Of a DNA stretch of 64,000 nucleotides, positions 62,323 to 64,000 are shown in pieces; within the stretch, counting starts at the first letter, position 1; each line of letters starts with the position of its first letter. The stretch comes from Nitrospirota bacterium. GTDB lineage: Bacteria; Nitrospirota; UBA9217. The stretch is from contig CAVTRN010000002.1 of the NCBI GenBank assembly GCA_963737155.1, forward strand, positions 128,001 to 192,000. Direction: 5' to 3'. Made by a program: the position numbers and the translations under genes. Under the pieces are notes generated by a model that was not told the DNA's origin, searched no databases, and saw nothing but the letters and a program-made list of their open reading frames with translations.

Positions 62323-62902
62323 TTAGGCCGCTTTATCCAGTTTGTAGGTTTTGAAGAATTTTCTCACGTAGTTTGCAATCACATCGCAGGCCTCTTCAAG
62401 GGCGAAATGCCCTGTAGCGAGCATATGCACTTCGATGTTCCTAAGGTCACGCATGTAGGCTTTCGCGCCCTGAGGACTGAAGATTTTGTCATTTTTCCCC
62501 CATACGACAAGTGTTGGCGGCTGGTGATTTCTGAAATAGTTATGCCATTCAGGATAACGTTTCACGTTGGAGCCGAAGTCCGACCGCAGCTCGAGCTGAA
62601 TAAGTTTGTTGCCGGGCCTTTCCAGAAAATACTGATCCATATTCCAGGCATCGGGGCTAATCCTGCTCATGTCACGCACTCCGTTGCTGTATATCCACTT
62701 GGTACTCTCCATCTTGAAGGTCTTAAGCACAGGCCATTCGTTAGCTCTCGTCCTCTTTTCCCATAGTGGACTCCTGCTCTTAACCAAAGGTGTCAGCCCC
62801 TCTTCGTAGGCGTTGGTATTTTGGATGATGAGCGATTCGATCCGCTCTGGATGCTTCTCGGCAATCCTGAAGCCTACAGGCCCGCCATAATCCTGCATAT
62901 AA
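62323..62902 (-). pseudogene. C-terminal part of an alpha/beta hydrolase (epoxide hydrolase/dehalogenase-like) cut by IS1182
   Basis: Begins at the nucleophile motif MQDYGGPVG directly against the IS end; WGKND, TGHFALEE. Confidence 0.85.
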
Positions 62903-64000
62903 GAGCCTGTTGCTCAAATGCCAGCATAGCCGTTTATGATCGCCCATATGGGATAGTGCCAGACTGCAAATGGGGTATCTCTGCGAAGCACACGGCATGA
63001 ATCAGCTGTCGTTTTCGTTCTTTATACTGCCATCTGGGCCGCAATCTCTTTGCCGCTTCGCCAAAGCTTCAAGAGATTGTGCGTCGCGCAGATGAGTTTC
63101 CATTCCTGGGAGCAGGCTTCAATCCCTCGGCGCATGTAGTGCCGGATGCCGCGATTGTCTTTAATCTGGCCAAAGATCGGTTCGACGGTCTGGCCTCGTT
63201 TCTTATAAAGCTCTCTGCCCCGCTTGGTCAGGAGCTTCCTCTCCATCCTCTGCCGGAGTGTCAGGCTTTTTGGTATCCTCCCTTGGGGCGGGGATGATGC
63301 GGCGGCCTCTTTACGTTGCTTCCAGTCTTTCTTGGTTGCGATAAGATGTTCGGGACCGTCGGGAGTGATGGCCGCAAAGTTCTTCTCACTTGCGTAGCCG
63401 GCATCGCTCAGAGATATTTCGATCTTCAGTTCTTTTTGCAGGGCGATCTCGTTTAAGTTCTCCTGGGCCTTCTGGATCATGGGATGCAGCTGGTTGATGT
63501 CGTTTTCCTGGTTCGTGACCTCGGCGGCGATGATGATCTGCTCCTTGGTGACCACGGCCTGGCTGTTGTAGCCCTGAACATATCCGCTTCGGGTTTTCAT
63601 GATCCTGCTGTCCGGATCAGTCATATTGGCCTTCGCTTCCGACGATGGCGTCGGATCAGGCTCCTGAGGTTTGCGGCCCCGTTTCTTGCTGCCGGTTTCA
63701 GCCTCTTGGGCCTGTCGTTCTTCGATCTTTGACTGTTGCTCGGCTGCTGCCTCTGCAGCCTGTTCTTCCAACCGCTTTTTGCACGCGGCAAGGCGGGCTC
63801 TGCGGCTGGTTCGGTCGGCAAGTTCATCAGGAAGTTCGTCGCCCCGTTTGTTTTGGCCGTACTGCCGGTCTTCCTCGGTGTCCTTGGCCTCCGCTTCATC
63901 GAGCATCCTCTTCACTTCCTGCTCGATATGTTCGTACGTGCGGTTGGCTTCCAGGGCTGCGTTAGCCTTTATCTTGCTCCCGTCAAGGGCCACGATGCCG
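62903..64000 (-). mobile_element. IS1182-family element (right part; continues beyond the window)
   Basis: Probable terminal IR GAGCCTGTTGCTCAAATG at 62903, abutting the broken hydrolase gene. Confidence 0.8.
63022..64000 (-). CDS. IS1182 transposase (partial)
   Basis: ALDGSKIKANA, NMTDPDSRIMK, QGYNSQ, SDAGY, YKKRGQTVEPIFGQIK, HNLLKL. Confidence 0.93.
   Translation of the reverse strand, partial: GIVALDGSKIKANAALEANRTYEHIEQEVKRMLDEAEAKDTEEDRQYGQNKRGDELPDELADRTSRRARLAACKKRLEEQAAEAAAEQQSKIEERQAQEAETGSKKRGRKPQEPDPTPSSEAKANMTDPDSRIMKTRSGYVQGYNSQAVVTKEQIIIAAEVTNQENDINQLHPMIQKAQENLNEIALQKELKIEISLSDAGYASEKNFAAITPDGPEHLIATKKDWKQRKEAAASSPPQGRIPKSLTLRQRMERKLLTKRGRELYKKRGQTVEPIFGQIKDNRGIRHYMRRGIEACSQEWKLICATHNLLKLWRSGKEIAAQMAV

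Overview
A 64-kb accessory region with many insertions and much decay. The host is probably an anaerobic Nitrospirota- or Desulfobacterota-like bacterium, inferred from the Geobacter-type pilin, heme-c MCP and protein styles. No housekeeping operons, rRNA, complete tRNA or CRISPR array were seen. Mobile DNA includes: an IS1182/IS5-like IS with a 6-bp TSD splitting a thioredoxin-like gene; two IS110/IS1111 elements whose 3' non-coding ends contain short matches to their own target and donor sites (bridge/seek RNA); an IS607 with an internally deleted TnpB; an IS1182 at the right edge; IS21, IS1380 and IS110 remnants; two inverted 3' tRNA-fMet att scars; and a solo integron attC. The most unusual item is a 1.65-kb element without terminal inverted repeats, flanked by CTAA, whose single protein carries Rep_trans-like rolling-circle motifs plus a winged helix. 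A non-coding 100-230 bp repeat occurs three times at module boundaries. Cargo includes HEPN/MNT and Fic toxins, an HNH nuclease, a P-type H+-ATPase, an ars operon, HiPIP, a type IV pilin with a LytS/LytTR pair and PilH/PilI-like ABC genes, two large surface lipoproteins and a serpin. All family assignments come from motif recognition by eye; no database searches were run.
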